Below are positions 29,026-37,967 of a stretch of DNA of 64,000 bases, piece after piece. The notes under the pieces were generated by a model. It was not told the origin of the DNA and searched no databases. It was given only the letters and a program-made list of their open reading frames with translations. The stretch comes from Roseburia sp. AF12-17LB (GTDB taxonomy: Bacteria; Bacillota_I; Bacilli_A; RF39; UBA660), in contig CAVDCT010000010.1 of assembly GCA_963607615.1 (NCBI GenBank), forward strand, positions 133 to 64,132. The letters run 5' to 3'. A program made the position numbers and the translations under genes. The stretch's first letter is position 1, and each line of letters begins with the position of its first letter.

Positions 29026-29232
29026 CTAAGTTAAAATTTTATAATTATTCAAATCATTTATATATTCATCATTAATTTTACTTTTTTCAAATTCTATTTT
29101 ATTTAACAATTTATTAATACAAAAATTATACATTTCATCATCTATAACACTTTTTCTTTTTAAATATTCAAGTAATTTTATACTTGTTTCTATTTCTATT
29201 ATTTTAGATGGAACTTTATTTATGTTTTCCAT
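29026..29232 (-). CDS. Small hypothetical protein (68 aa) translationally coupled to the recombinase
   Basis: Its stop overlaps the recombinase RBS. No recognisable motif. Its position suggests a possible accessory or directionality factor, which is speculative. Confidence 0.35.
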   Translation of the reverse strand: MENINKVPSKIIEIETSIKLLEYLKRKSVIDDEMYNFCINKLLNKIEFEKSKINDEYINDLNNYKILT

Positions 29233-29271
29233 ATACTTTGTCCTTTCTTTTAAGTTTATTTTTATAAAAAC

Positions 29272-29299
29272 TAAAAAAGAACTTAAGGTATTAAGTTCT
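29272..29299 (-). terminator. Intrinsic terminator
   Basis: Minus-strand AGAACTTAA-tacc-TTAAGTTCT followed by TTTTTT. Confidence 0.55.
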
Positions 29300-29399
29300 A
29301 CAAAAAATTTGAAAACTTAAATACCACAAAGGACAAAATTAGACTAAATCATCATTTGAAATAAATTAAGTTTTCAAATAACAATTTAGTTTTTTATTA

Positions 29400-29834
29400 T
29401 TAATATTTTATAATTTTTCTAGCTATTTCATAGCCATCAATATTATCAGGTAATAATTCATCATGTCCTAATATCAAGAATAATTCTGCAAGTGTATCTT
29501 TCTTTTCTTTAAATGATAATTTTTCAAACACTGGTATTAATTCTTTATATTCTTTTGGATAAAGACGATAAAGATTAAAAGTATAGTTACAATACTCTTT
29601 ATTCTCAATTACTAAATAACGATAATCAATACTACTCGGATTAAATATTTCTATATCTATACCATCATCAAGTAAATTAGGATTAACCTCATTCAAACTA
29701 TTAATTTGATTTTTATCCCATAAATCAAAAATATAATTAATAAATTTTAGTTTATCATCTCTATCAAGTTCATTTATTTTTATAACTAATTCTTTTTCTT
29801 CATTACTTGTATTTTTTAAATACATATCAAACAC
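29400..29834 (-). CDS. Hypothetical protein (144 aa)
   Basis: ORF only. No recognisable motif. Confidence 0.35.
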   Translation of the reverse strand: MFDMYLKNTSNEEKELVIKINELDRDDKLKFINYIFDLWDKNQINSLNEVNPNLLDDGIDIEIFNPSSIDYRYLVIENKEYCNYTFNLYRLYPKEYKELIPVFEKLSFKEKKDTLAELFLILGHDELLPDNIDGYEIARKIIKY

Positions 29835-30079
29835 ACTCCTTCATTTTCAATTTAAGTCATTTTAAGAGACTTTATTTTTTATACTAATAACTGATTAAGA
29901 TTAATATTAAAGTCTCTTATTTCTTATATTAAGCATCAATAAATTAAAATTTAGTTTTAATATTTATCACTTAAAAAAATAAATTTTGCAAGAGTTTTTT
30001 ATAAAAATAATAATAATTTTTTTGTTTTATCTATTTTATATTTGTTTTACTTTATTAATCTTTAAGTTATTTATACTAT

Positions 30080-30409
30080 CTAATTATCCATATATGGTTG
30101 TTCAGTGTGTACTTTTTGGGTATATTGTTTTTCATAAACAATATAGTTATATAAAAATTTACCATCTTTAGAATGTCCTTTTTCAATAATTAAATATCTA
30201 TTTTCTTCTAATTCTTTTAGTGCATTAGTAATAGCTAATCTACTCTCTTTACATAAAAGTCTTAAACCATTAATATTAAAATTCCATACATCAGGTAAAG
30301 ATAACATTAAAGTTAATAATCCTTTTGCCTTTAAAGATATATTTTTATCTTCTAAATAAGTGTTATCAATCTTCGTATAATTAGTAAGTTTTTCTGTTCT
30401 TATTACCAT
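30080..30409 (-). CDS. Winged-helix DNA-binding protein of the mobile-element replication-organiser/DnaD-N-like type
   Basis: ..YTKIDNTYLEDKNISLKAKGLLTLMLSLPDVWNFNINGL..SRLAITNALKELEENRYLI.. This pattern is widespread in Firmicute plasmid, ICE and phage replication modules. Confidence 0.45.
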   Translation of the reverse strand: MVIRTEKLTNYTKIDNTYLEDKNISLKAKGLLTLMLSLPDVWNFNINGLRLLCKESRLAITNALKELEENRYLIIEKGHSKDGKFLYNYIVYEKQYTQKVHTEQPYMDN

Positions 30410-30597
30410 AATATTTTTCCTCCTTCCATTTTAAATTCATAATCTTTTTCATATCTTTCTATATAAGATCTATAACCTAGCTCTAATAAATAGATAAACA
30501 TTTTATTCATACTAAAATTATTTTTAATAGATAAAAGCCTAATTCTAGTTTTTAAATTATCATCTAATCTTAATGTGGTTCTTTCAGTACATCTCAT
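30403..30597 (-). CDS. Ribbon-helix-helix-like small regulator (64 aa)
   Basis: MRCTERTTLRLDDNLKTRIRLLSIKNNFSMNKMFIYLLELG.. (beta-strand then two helices). Start ATG 30597 is behind AAGGAAGGA. The longer track ORF (to 30711) runs through repeat-rich non-coding DNA. Confidence 0.45.
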   Translation of the reverse strand: MRCTERTTLRLDDNLKTRIRLLSIKNNFSMNKMFIYLLELGYRSYIERYEKDYEFKMEGGKILW

Positions 30598-30624
30598 AAA
30601 AATTTTCCTTCCTTTCTTAAAATT

Positions 30625-30879
30625 ATGAGTAGCCACTTTTACTATTTTTAAGCTATTCTTTGAGTAATAAATTCTGCATATTTTTAATGGGCATAAGGAG
30701 AATGCCACCATAATCTTATATTTACCTTATAAAATAAAGTAAATATGGTGGTGTCATTACTATTTTTGCACTTGCAAAAATGACTACTTTTTAAGTAGTA
30801 AGTGGCTACTCATATATAAATATTCCTTTAATACCAACAAAAAAAGTGGCTACCCTTTTTAATAAAAGTGACCACTCAT
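30625..30879. repeat. Four copies of a ~14-bp iteron-like motif AAGTG(G/A)C(T/C)ACTCAT
   Basis: 30625-30638 (inverted, ATGAGTAGCCACTT), 30800-30813 (AAGTGGCTACTCAT), 30844-30855 (AAGTGGCTACCC), 30866-30879 (AAGTGACCACTCAT). All lie upstream of the RHH/wHTH genes. Confidence 0.6.
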
Positions 30880-31211
30880 AACAAAATCATTAAAAATATA
30901 TGCTTCCTATACTTTTTAATTTATAAAACCATCTCCTTTAAATAAAAAAGAGAAGAACATAGTTCCTCTCCACACAATTTTTTCATATTATACACTATTA
31001 TAACTATTGACAAGCACAAGTCAAGTTCATTTTATGATCAATTCATGTAATATCATGTACAATTTGTGTCATAAAAATATGTAAGTTTTCTTCATAATTC
31101 TCACATATTTTACTATATTATAACACTTGACAAAATATATTCAAGTCAAATCAAGTCCGTTTTTGGTACGAATTTGGACTTTTTTGATACATTTTTAAAA
31201 ATTTGATAATT

Positions 31212-31607
31212 TTATATGTTTGATAATTTATCTTTAATATATTCATCCAACAAATAAGAATCCTTTTTTACCCATTTATAATCACAATGTTCATCACTTA
31301 ATATAACATTAACATCTGATTTATTAACATTAATAATAAAATCAATTTCTAAATCATGAATCAATTCATCATTTTTATTTTTTACTTCATCATAATAATG
31401 TGTAATAATTGGCTCAAATTATGAACTAAACCCAATTTCCTCAAATAATTCTCTTTTTAAACCTTCTTTTAAAGTTTCACCACTTTCTAGGTGGCCTCCA
31501 GGAAATTCCCATGCTCCTGGATATAAATCATCATTTTCACTTCTTTTAACTACCAAAAATTCATCATTAGATTTCAAAATTCCAGTCAAAACAATTTTTG
31601 TATTCAT
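31212..31607 (-). pseudogene. NUDIX hydrolase interrupted by one in-frame TAA
   Basis: The track ORF ends ..GGHLESGETLKEGLKRELFEEIGFSS*. The same frame continues FEPIITHYYDEVKNKNDELIHDLEIDFIINVNKSDVNVILSDEHCDYKWVKKDSYLLDEYIKDKLSNI*, giving a normal ~130-aa NUDIX length. Confidence 0.7.
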
Positions 31608-31765
31608 ACAAAACCTCCCATTTATTTTTAATTACATCATATATTTTCAATAAATCATCGTTAATTATAAATTTGTTGTTTTTATTTCTATAAATAAAAA
31701 GCTCTATTATCATCATTATAAATATAACATAAAAAGACTAGTTATTAAAGTGCCAAAAATGAGAT

Positions 31766-33733
31766 TTATTTCATTTTTCTAGTTTTTATCAATCTTAAAG
31801 TAGATTCAGGAACTAATATTTCAAGCAATTCATCATCATTTTCTTCAACTGCTCTTCTTACTGTCTTAGCGCTTATTTCATCACCATTTATATTTCTAAA
31901 TCTAGGTATTTCTATTAATTCAATTCCATATAGTGGTAAATTTCTTTTAAGTTCTTTATTATATTCTCTAGTTATGTAGTCATTTTGTTCTTGACCAACA
32001 AATCTTTTTTTTATATTTAAGACCGGTGCTATATATTGAGTAAATATTTCTTGATCTATTGATAAATCAAGAGATACATCAGTTGATTCACTTCTATTAA
32101 AATACTCAGGAAATATCATTGATGAACCAAATATCTTACCACTTGGTATTACTACTACATTTTCAAAGTCTTTACAGCCTTCTTTAACCATTTCATATCT
32201 ATCTTTAAAAGAATATTTTGATTTATCTTCTTGTACAACCATTACAATTAAAGTATTAACTTCTTTTCTAGCATAGTCTATCAGTTTATAATGACCATAA
32301 GTAAATGGATTACAATTCATAAGTATTGCACCATTATTGCTAGTATTAATATTTAAACCCTTAAGAAATTCTAAATATTCATTCAAATATCTATTGTTAC
32401 CAAATATATTTCTTTTTTTAGTATTAGGAATAGCTATTGCTAAAGTATGATTAATAGAATCAACAGTCTTTAATTCTTTTTCAATTTTTTCATAAATAAA
32501 ACGTGCTATCATGTCATTAGCTTCACTATTACAATGTGCCGGTTTATCTATAAAGTAATTTTTTAATACTCCTGAATTATATAATTCAAGAAGTGATATA
32601 GCACTATTATATCCCATACTTTTTAATACTTCATTTTCTTTCTTAGATACTATAAATATAAATTTATCATTAAGTTTACTATTGATATTATCAGCTATTC
32701 TTACTTGTTCAAAAAATTCCATAGCTCTTAATCCATAATTATTAACAGAATAATCTCTATTATTTTCATTTATTATTCTTTGCAAACAACTAGGAATAGT
32801 GTTTTTGTCATCTACTAAAACTCCATATACCATACAAGGACCTAAAAAATTAATATCAAAAGCATAATCTCTATTTTTATCTGTTGTAACTCTTTTACCA
32901 TTGATAGTTCTACAAAATTCATTATTTGAATCAGCTAATCTACATATTCCATTTTGTATTATGGTACCAGGAGAAATATTTTCTAAACCACAAAATTTTG
33001 TCATAAAACTTTCACCATAAATACTATTTAATAATTTAGTAATTTCTTCGTCTATATTGTATTTACTTAAATAATATATATATCCTATTTTACTATCTAA
33101 TCTCTTTCTTTCTTCTAAACTAAAAGATGTTATGTCATCAGTACTAGGAAATTCAAATACTGTTATATAAAGTTTTTTAGATAATTTTTTAACAAAATAG
33201 TAATATTCAACATTTTCACATAATTTAGTTAAACTTATTAAATTTTTATTAAATAGTATTTCTTTGAGTTTTAATCCATTTAAACAAGTATCTAATACTA
33301 TTTCATTATTATCGATTAATTTTTTTACTATATCTAAATCATAATCAATTACTTCTACCTCAAAATCGTTACCATATACATTAATATAACTATATAAAAT
33401 ATTAGATAATTCACCAGTAATGTATATTTTTTTGAGATTTAAACTTCTTAAATAATCAATTACTTTGTCATTATCTTTGTATAAATAATTCCATCTATGT
33501 TTATCTATATAAGTATTATTACTCCAAACATTTTCTATTTCTTTAATATCTTGTTGCATCTTATCTTCTTCTATTATTGGATTATAGCCAACTTTAACTG
33601 AATCAATATAAGAATGATAAGTTATATAAGAATTATTACATAAGACAATAACACTTGTTTCATCTTCTAAAAAAATTTTGTTAATATTGTTAAAATAATT
33701 TTTATCATTAGTATCTAATTTAACAAATCTCAT
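31766..33733 (-). CDS. Large protein with a C-terminal CitC-like (citrate lyase ligase-type) nucleotidyltransferase domain; the N-terminal ~440 aa are unknown
   Basis: C-terminal ..GAILMNCNPFTYGHYKLIDYARKEVNTLIVMVVQEDKSKYSFKDRYEMVKEG..VVIPSGKIFGSSMIFPEYF.. (HxGH-type motif of cytidylyl/adenylyltransferases). Confidence 0.55.
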   Translation of the reverse strand: MRFVKLDTNDKNYFNNINKIFLEDETSVIVLCNNSYITYHSYIDSVKVGYNPIIEEDKMQQDIKEIENVWSNNTYIDKHRWNYLYKDNDKVIDYLRSLNLKKIYITGELSNILYSYINVYGNDFEVEVIDYDLDIVKKLIDNNEIVLDTCLNGLKLKEILFNKNLISLTKLCENVEYYYFVKKLSKKLYITVFEFPSTDDITSFSLEERKRLDSKIGYIYYLSKYNIDEEITKLLNSIYGESFMTKFCGLENISPGTIIQNGICRLADSNNEFCRTINGKRVTTDKNRDYAFDINFLGPCMVYGVLVDDKNTIPSCLQRIINENNRDYSVNNYGLRAMEFFEQVRIADNINSKLNDKFIFIVSKKENEVLKSMGYNSAISLLELYNSGVLKNYFIDKPAHCNSEANDMIARFIYEKIEKELKTVDSINHTLAIAIPNTKKRNIFGNNRYLNEYLEFLKGLNINTSNNGAILMNCNPFTYGHYKLIDYARKEVNTLIVMVVQEDKSKYSFKDRYEMVKEGCKDFENVVVIPSGKIFGSSMIFPEYFNRSESTDVSLDLSIDQEIFTQYIAPVLNIKKRFVGQEQNDYITREYNKELKRNLPLYGIELIEIPRFRNINGDEISAKTVRRAVEENDDELLEILVPESTLRLIKTRKMK

Positions 33734-33757
33734 TATTTTTCCCCCTGTTAGATAGAA

Positions 33758-34516
33758 TTATTTATTTAATATAAAATCTACTATCTCGTTATCAAATCCA
33801 TACAATTCATGTTTTCCTTCATGAATTATCTTATATTCTATCTTATTTTTATCACAAAATTTTATCACGTTATTAACGTCTACTGTTTTATCTAAATCTC
33901 CTTGAATAATAAATATATTATTAAATTTTTCATTTTTAATATATTCATCACCAGATTTAAACTCCAAATAAGCATCTTTATATATTTTTATATTATTATA
34001 TAAAGGTAAGTACTCATTATCATCAAAATATTCAATATTAAGATTACCAGTTTTTCTTTCCATAATTTCACAAAAATTAATAGCTGGGCACATTAAATAT
34101 ATTTTATCTACATCATCAATTATTTCTTTATAGGCATTAAGTATAACGAATCCACCATAACTAGATCCAAATAAATATATTTCACTATCTTTATTTTTTT
34201 CTTTAATATAATTAATGGTATCTTTTAAATAGGAAATACAATTACTTAAATTAAATTTTTTAAAATCATTTCCATCTTCACCATGAGAAATCAAATCAAT
34301 ACTATAAGTATCATAACCATTGTTTAATAAATCTTTATAAAATCTAGTAATCCAATTCTTATTTCCACCTAATCCATGCACATATATTATTACTTTTTTA
34401 TTTTTAGGTTCTGTTGCACTAAATAAATGTATCCTATTATTAATAGTAAAATCTATATTTACTCTTTTATCTTCCCTAGCTATTTCTACTAACTCTTCTA
34501 TCATAATTTCCTCCAA
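33758..34516 (-). CDS. Alpha/beta hydrolase
   Basis: ..IYVHGLGGNKNW.., nucleophile elbow ..LFGSSYGG.., C-terminal ..HEGKHEL.. Confidence 0.7.
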   Translation of the reverse strand: MEEIMIEELVEIAREDKRVNIDFTINNRIHLFSATEPKNKKVIIYVHGLGGNKNWITRFYKDLLNNGYDTYSIDLISHGEDGNDFKKFNLSNCISYLKDTINYIKEKNKDSEIYLFGSSYGGFVILNAYKEIIDDVDKIYLMCPAINFCEIMERKTGNLNIEYFDDNEYLPLYNNIKIYKDAYLEFKSGDEYIKNEKFNNIFIIQGDLDKTVDVNNVIKFCDKNKIEYKIIHEGKHELYGFDNEIVDFILNK

Positions 34517-35313
34517 CTTATTACTTTCTTAAATGTATCTTTATTAGGAAAATCTTTTTCCTCAGTTTCCCTAAAAACTTTCTCATAATCATATGGTACT
34601 TCATATTTGATTAGTTTCGCACCATTCTCTAATATATAATATATAGCTTTATCTGTAATAGCAACTCCTGTACCATTTAATGAGTCTAATATTACATTTC
34701 CAAGAATATGATTTCTTTCAAAATGATAATGGCCATATATAATTCTATCAAAATCAAATATATTTTTACCAAATAATAATGGATTTTTATCTGCAATTTT
34801 AACATTTTCATATAATTCTGGTTTATATTTTTCGATATCATCAGAAGTATTTCTTTTTAAAAATTCTTCAGGATTTTTTTCATCATATTTCCAAACACCT
34901 ATAAAATCATATCTAACATCTAGTGGAAAATGACAAAGTCCTATTTTTTTACCATTTATAACTAATTCTACTGATACTGGACTATTATTTATATAATCTA
35001 ATTCTTCAGCACTTAATTGTTCACTGGTCCATATAGCATTATTATATCTTTCAATATTATTACGTTTTAAATAAGGAAACATATCTGGTCCCATAGTAAC
35101 ATATGCTTCTGCATTGCCTTGTATATTAATTATATTATTATCAATAGCAAGCCTTACTGTTTCACTAGGAGCATATCCTAATCCTATTATATCACCCGAA
35201 GAATAAATAGTATCTATATTTTTATCTTTCATATCTAATAAAACAGCTTGTAGTGCTTCTACATTAGCATGTACATCTGTTATTAATGCTATTTTTTTCT
35301 TCATATTATTCAC
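34501..35313 (-). CDS. Metallophosphoesterase
   Basis: ..IALITDVHAN..SSGDIIGLG..QGNAE..GHYHF.. motifs. Confidence 0.75.
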   Translation of the reverse strand: MNNMKKKIALITDVHANVEALQAVLLDMKDKNIDTIYSSGDIIGLGYAPSETVRLAIDNNIINIQGNAEAYVTMGPDMFPYLKRNNIERYNNAIWTSEQLSAEELDYINNSPVSVELVINGKKIGLCHFPLDVRYDFIGVWKYDEKNPEEFLKRNTSDDIEKYKPELYENVKIADKNPLLFGKNIFDFDRIIYGHYHFERNHILGNVILDSLNGTGVAITDKAIYYILENGAKLIKYEVPYDYEKVFRETEEKDFPNKDTFKKVISWRKL

Positions 35314-35375
35314 CTCTACTTGAATTATTTATAAATTAATGTTAGTATATGTAACAAAAGAAATGGAGTGTTAAA

Positions 35376-35855
35376 ATGATAATTATCGAAGGTCTTGATG
35401 GTACTGGTAAAACTACTCTTGCAAATGATTTATTAAATAAGAATTATATACTTATCAATAATAATTTAACCAGTGAATCACATTATGATAAATATGTTAA
35501 TATTATTAAAACTTCAGATATTAATTCTGTTAGTGATAGATCATTTGTAAGTGAAATGGTCTATGGTAAGGTTTTATCTGGTACTACTAAATTATCAGAA
35601 GAAGAATTTATTAATCTTGTAAAACTATATTCTGAATATGAAACAAAAATTATATATCTATATGCTTCAAAAAAAATTCTTTTAGAAAGAAGAAAAGATG
35701 ATTTTAAAGATAGTAAAGTTATCTTTCATCTATACCAAAAACTTATGGATGAATTTGAAAGAAGACTTGACTACATTTCAGCATATATAGATGTATTTTC
35801 AATAAACACTGGTGAAAAAAATTGTAAACAAGCTCTAGCTAAAATTATTAAATAA
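35376..35855 (+). CDS. Thymidylate-kinase-like P-loop nucleotide kinase (short, 159 aa)
   Basis: MIIIEGLDGTGKTTLA.. and ..DRSFVSEMVYG.. It is the only plus-strand gene in the element. Confidence 0.6.
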   Translation: MIIIEGLDGTGKTTLANDLLNKNYILINNNLTSESHYDKYVNIIKTSDINSVSDRSFVSEMVYGKVLSGTTKLSEEEFINLVKLYSEYETKIIYLYASKKILLERRKDDFKDSKVIFHLYQKLMDEFERRLDYISAYIDVFSINTGEKNCKQALAKIIK

Positions 35856-36833
35856 GTTTGTATAATTTTTTACCTTAATTATCTCAATTTTATCTTTATC
35901 AATAACAATATTTTCATGTCTATCAATTTCATATCTTGGTTTTAATATTGTTGTTACACTATCATGAATATTTAGGTCATCCGTATTAATAGAATTATCC
36001 CTATTAATACTTTTTTTATTAATCAATGCAATTGATAGATTATCTTTATCTTGAAATAATTCTTCTAATAAGTCTTTAACAGTACTAGTAATAATATTCC
36101 TATCCTCATTATTAATATTATATTCAGACATCATTTTAGAGATATTATTCATTACTCCTTCATAATTTTTTATATAAAATGCTAAATTATCATATCCTTC
36201 TTTATAAGAATACAATCCATTAGATACAAACCTAGATAGCAATACTGGCGATAATAAGGAATAATAATAAGCAGCTCCAAAATTATCTGTTGTAAATATT
36301 GAATTATTATCCTTATATGACCAATTATATGTCATGGCATTCCTTATTCCATATTTTTCTAAAATATTATTAATATTTCTTAATTTAGTTGATATTGTAT
36401 CATCACCATTTAGTCCTTTAGCTAATATACTTTCTTTAAAAGAAGAATTAAAGCCATGATAACAATATCCGTTATATATGTACCTATCTATCATATATGA
36501 TACTATTTTATCTTTAGATCTATATTTTTCAATTAACTTATCTATAAGATAATCATCCATCATATTATATAAATCAGTTACACTATTAGAAGTATTTATC
36601 ATATTTATCAATTTTATAGTATAATTATCAACTTCTACATTAGGAATAAGTATTATCAAATCAGATATTTTTTTTATTACATTTGACATTATAAATACTT
36701 GTTCATCTATAAATGAGTATTGATTAAATCCATATTTAGATAAATCAATTCTATACTTTTTATTTAACAATCTACTAAATATACTATCAAATCTAGAATC
36801 AAAAATTTTATTAAATTCTTGCACAATAATCAC
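35835..36833 (-). CDS. Hypothetical protein (332 aa)
   Basis: ORF that is the last gene of the long cargo operon. No secure motif. Confidence 0.4.
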   Translation of the reverse strand: MIIVQEFNKIFDSRFDSIFSRLLNKKYRIDLSKYGFNQYSFIDEQVFIMSNVIKKISDLIILIPNVEVDNYTIKLINMINTSNSVTDLYNMMDDYLIDKLIEKYRSKDKIVSYMIDRYIYNGYCYHGFNSSFKESILAKGLNGDDTISTKLRNINNILEKYGIRNAMTYNWSYKDNNSIFTTDNFGAAYYYSLLSPVLLSRFVSNGLYSYKEGYDNLAFYIKNYEGVMNNISKMMSEYNINNEDRNIITSTVKDLLEELFQDKDNLSIALINKKSINRDNSINTDDLNIHDSVTTILKPRYEIDRHENIVIDKDKIEIIKVKNYTNLFNNFS

Positions 36834-36834
36834 C

Positions 36835-37287
36835 TTATTTAAAATATTCTTTTATTGCCTCTTTTTGATATGGTAACACTATACGTTCAAGTAGTTCTTC
36901 TTTTGTACATTTTACTAACTCAGAATTTTTTTCTAATGGTTCATTTTCATCATCAGATACTTCTACTATATAAATATTACTTAAAGAATTCATATTAACT
37001 TTACTTCTAGTATACCAATAGCAATCTATAATACATAATTCTTTCATACTTACAATTTTTAAACCAGCTTCTTCCATAAATTCTCTTTTTAGGCATTCCA
37101 AATGAGATTCACCATCTTCAAGACCACCACCTATTAAAGAATAGTCACCGTCTTTAGATGTAATATAAAACTTATCATTTTTCTTTACTATTCCAAAACA
37201 AGTTTCTCTAAAGCAATATTTAATATTATTATCTTTATTACCTATTATTATTTTATTCATCCCATTTTCTCCATACATCTTTTCCAT
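36835..37287 (-). CDS. NUDIX hydrolase
   Basis: Nudix box GGGLEDGESHLECLKREFMEEAGL. An alternative start, ATG 37260, sits behind GGAGAA. Confidence 0.8.
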   Translation of the reverse strand: MEKMYGENGMNKIIIGNKDNNIKYCFRETCFGIVKKNDKFYITSKDGDYSLIGGGLEDGESHLECLKREFMEEAGLKIVSMKELCIIDCYWYTRSKVNMNSLSNIYIVEVSDDENEPLEKNSELVKCTKEELLERIVLPYQKEAIKEYFK

Positions 37288-37959
37288 TTTTTATTAACTT
37301 ATTTAACTGCCTTTGTTCATCTCTATAATCCATACATTGCCAAAATCCATCATATTTGTATGCAACGATATCATTAGTCTTCATTAGTCTTTCAATTACT
37401 TCACTTTCAAATGGCCCAGAATCCTCACTTAGATAACTAAATATTTTTTTATTAGCTATCATATATCCACCATTAACCCATTCACACTCTCGTAATTCTT
37501 TTTCCCTAAAGTTTTTAATTTTATTGTTTTTTATTTCAAATATACCAAATCTTTCTTTAGTCTTAAATACAGATAAAGTAAGTAATTTCTTATGTTTTTT
37601 ATGATATTCAATAAGATTATCAATATTTATATCCGATACGGCATCTGCATATGTAAGTGCAAAATCTTCATCATCAATATATTTTTCTACTTTTTTAATC
37701 TTCCACCAGTACAAGTATCAAGACCAGTATCTACTAATTTAATATTCCAATCTTCATTAACAGTACTAAAAAATTCTTCAAACAAATCTATTCGATAACC
37801 TAAGCATATTATAAAATCTTTAAACCCATAATAAGAATAAATTTTCATAATGTGCCATATTATAGGCATATCCCCTACTTTTACTAATGGCTTTGGAGTA
37901 AAATCTTCATCAGTTCTAATTCTACTACCTTTTCCTCCTGCAAATATAATACACTTCAT
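37253..37959 (-). pseudogene. rfbF: Glucose-1-phosphate cytidylyltransferase, frameshifted in an A6 run
   Basis: The N-terminal part is MKCIIFAGGKGSRI..KPLVKVGDMPIIWHIMKIY..TGGRLKK*. The +1 frame continues VEKYIDDEDFALTYADAVSDINI..GFWQCMDYRDEQ.. The sequence TTAAAAAAGTAG (near 37694-37705) would be in frame with seven As. Confidence 0.8.
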
Positions 37960-37967
37960 AATTGCTC

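Noticed and set aside
35835-36833. Possible ADP-ribosyltransferase (DarT-like) motif ..YHGFNSSFKESILAKGL.. in the 332-aa ORF, in view of the NADAR gene at 20568
   Set aside because: There is only one short, loosely similar segment. No identifiable second or third catalytic motif is present, and the NADAR gene is 15 kb away outside the element. This is too weak to report as a feature.
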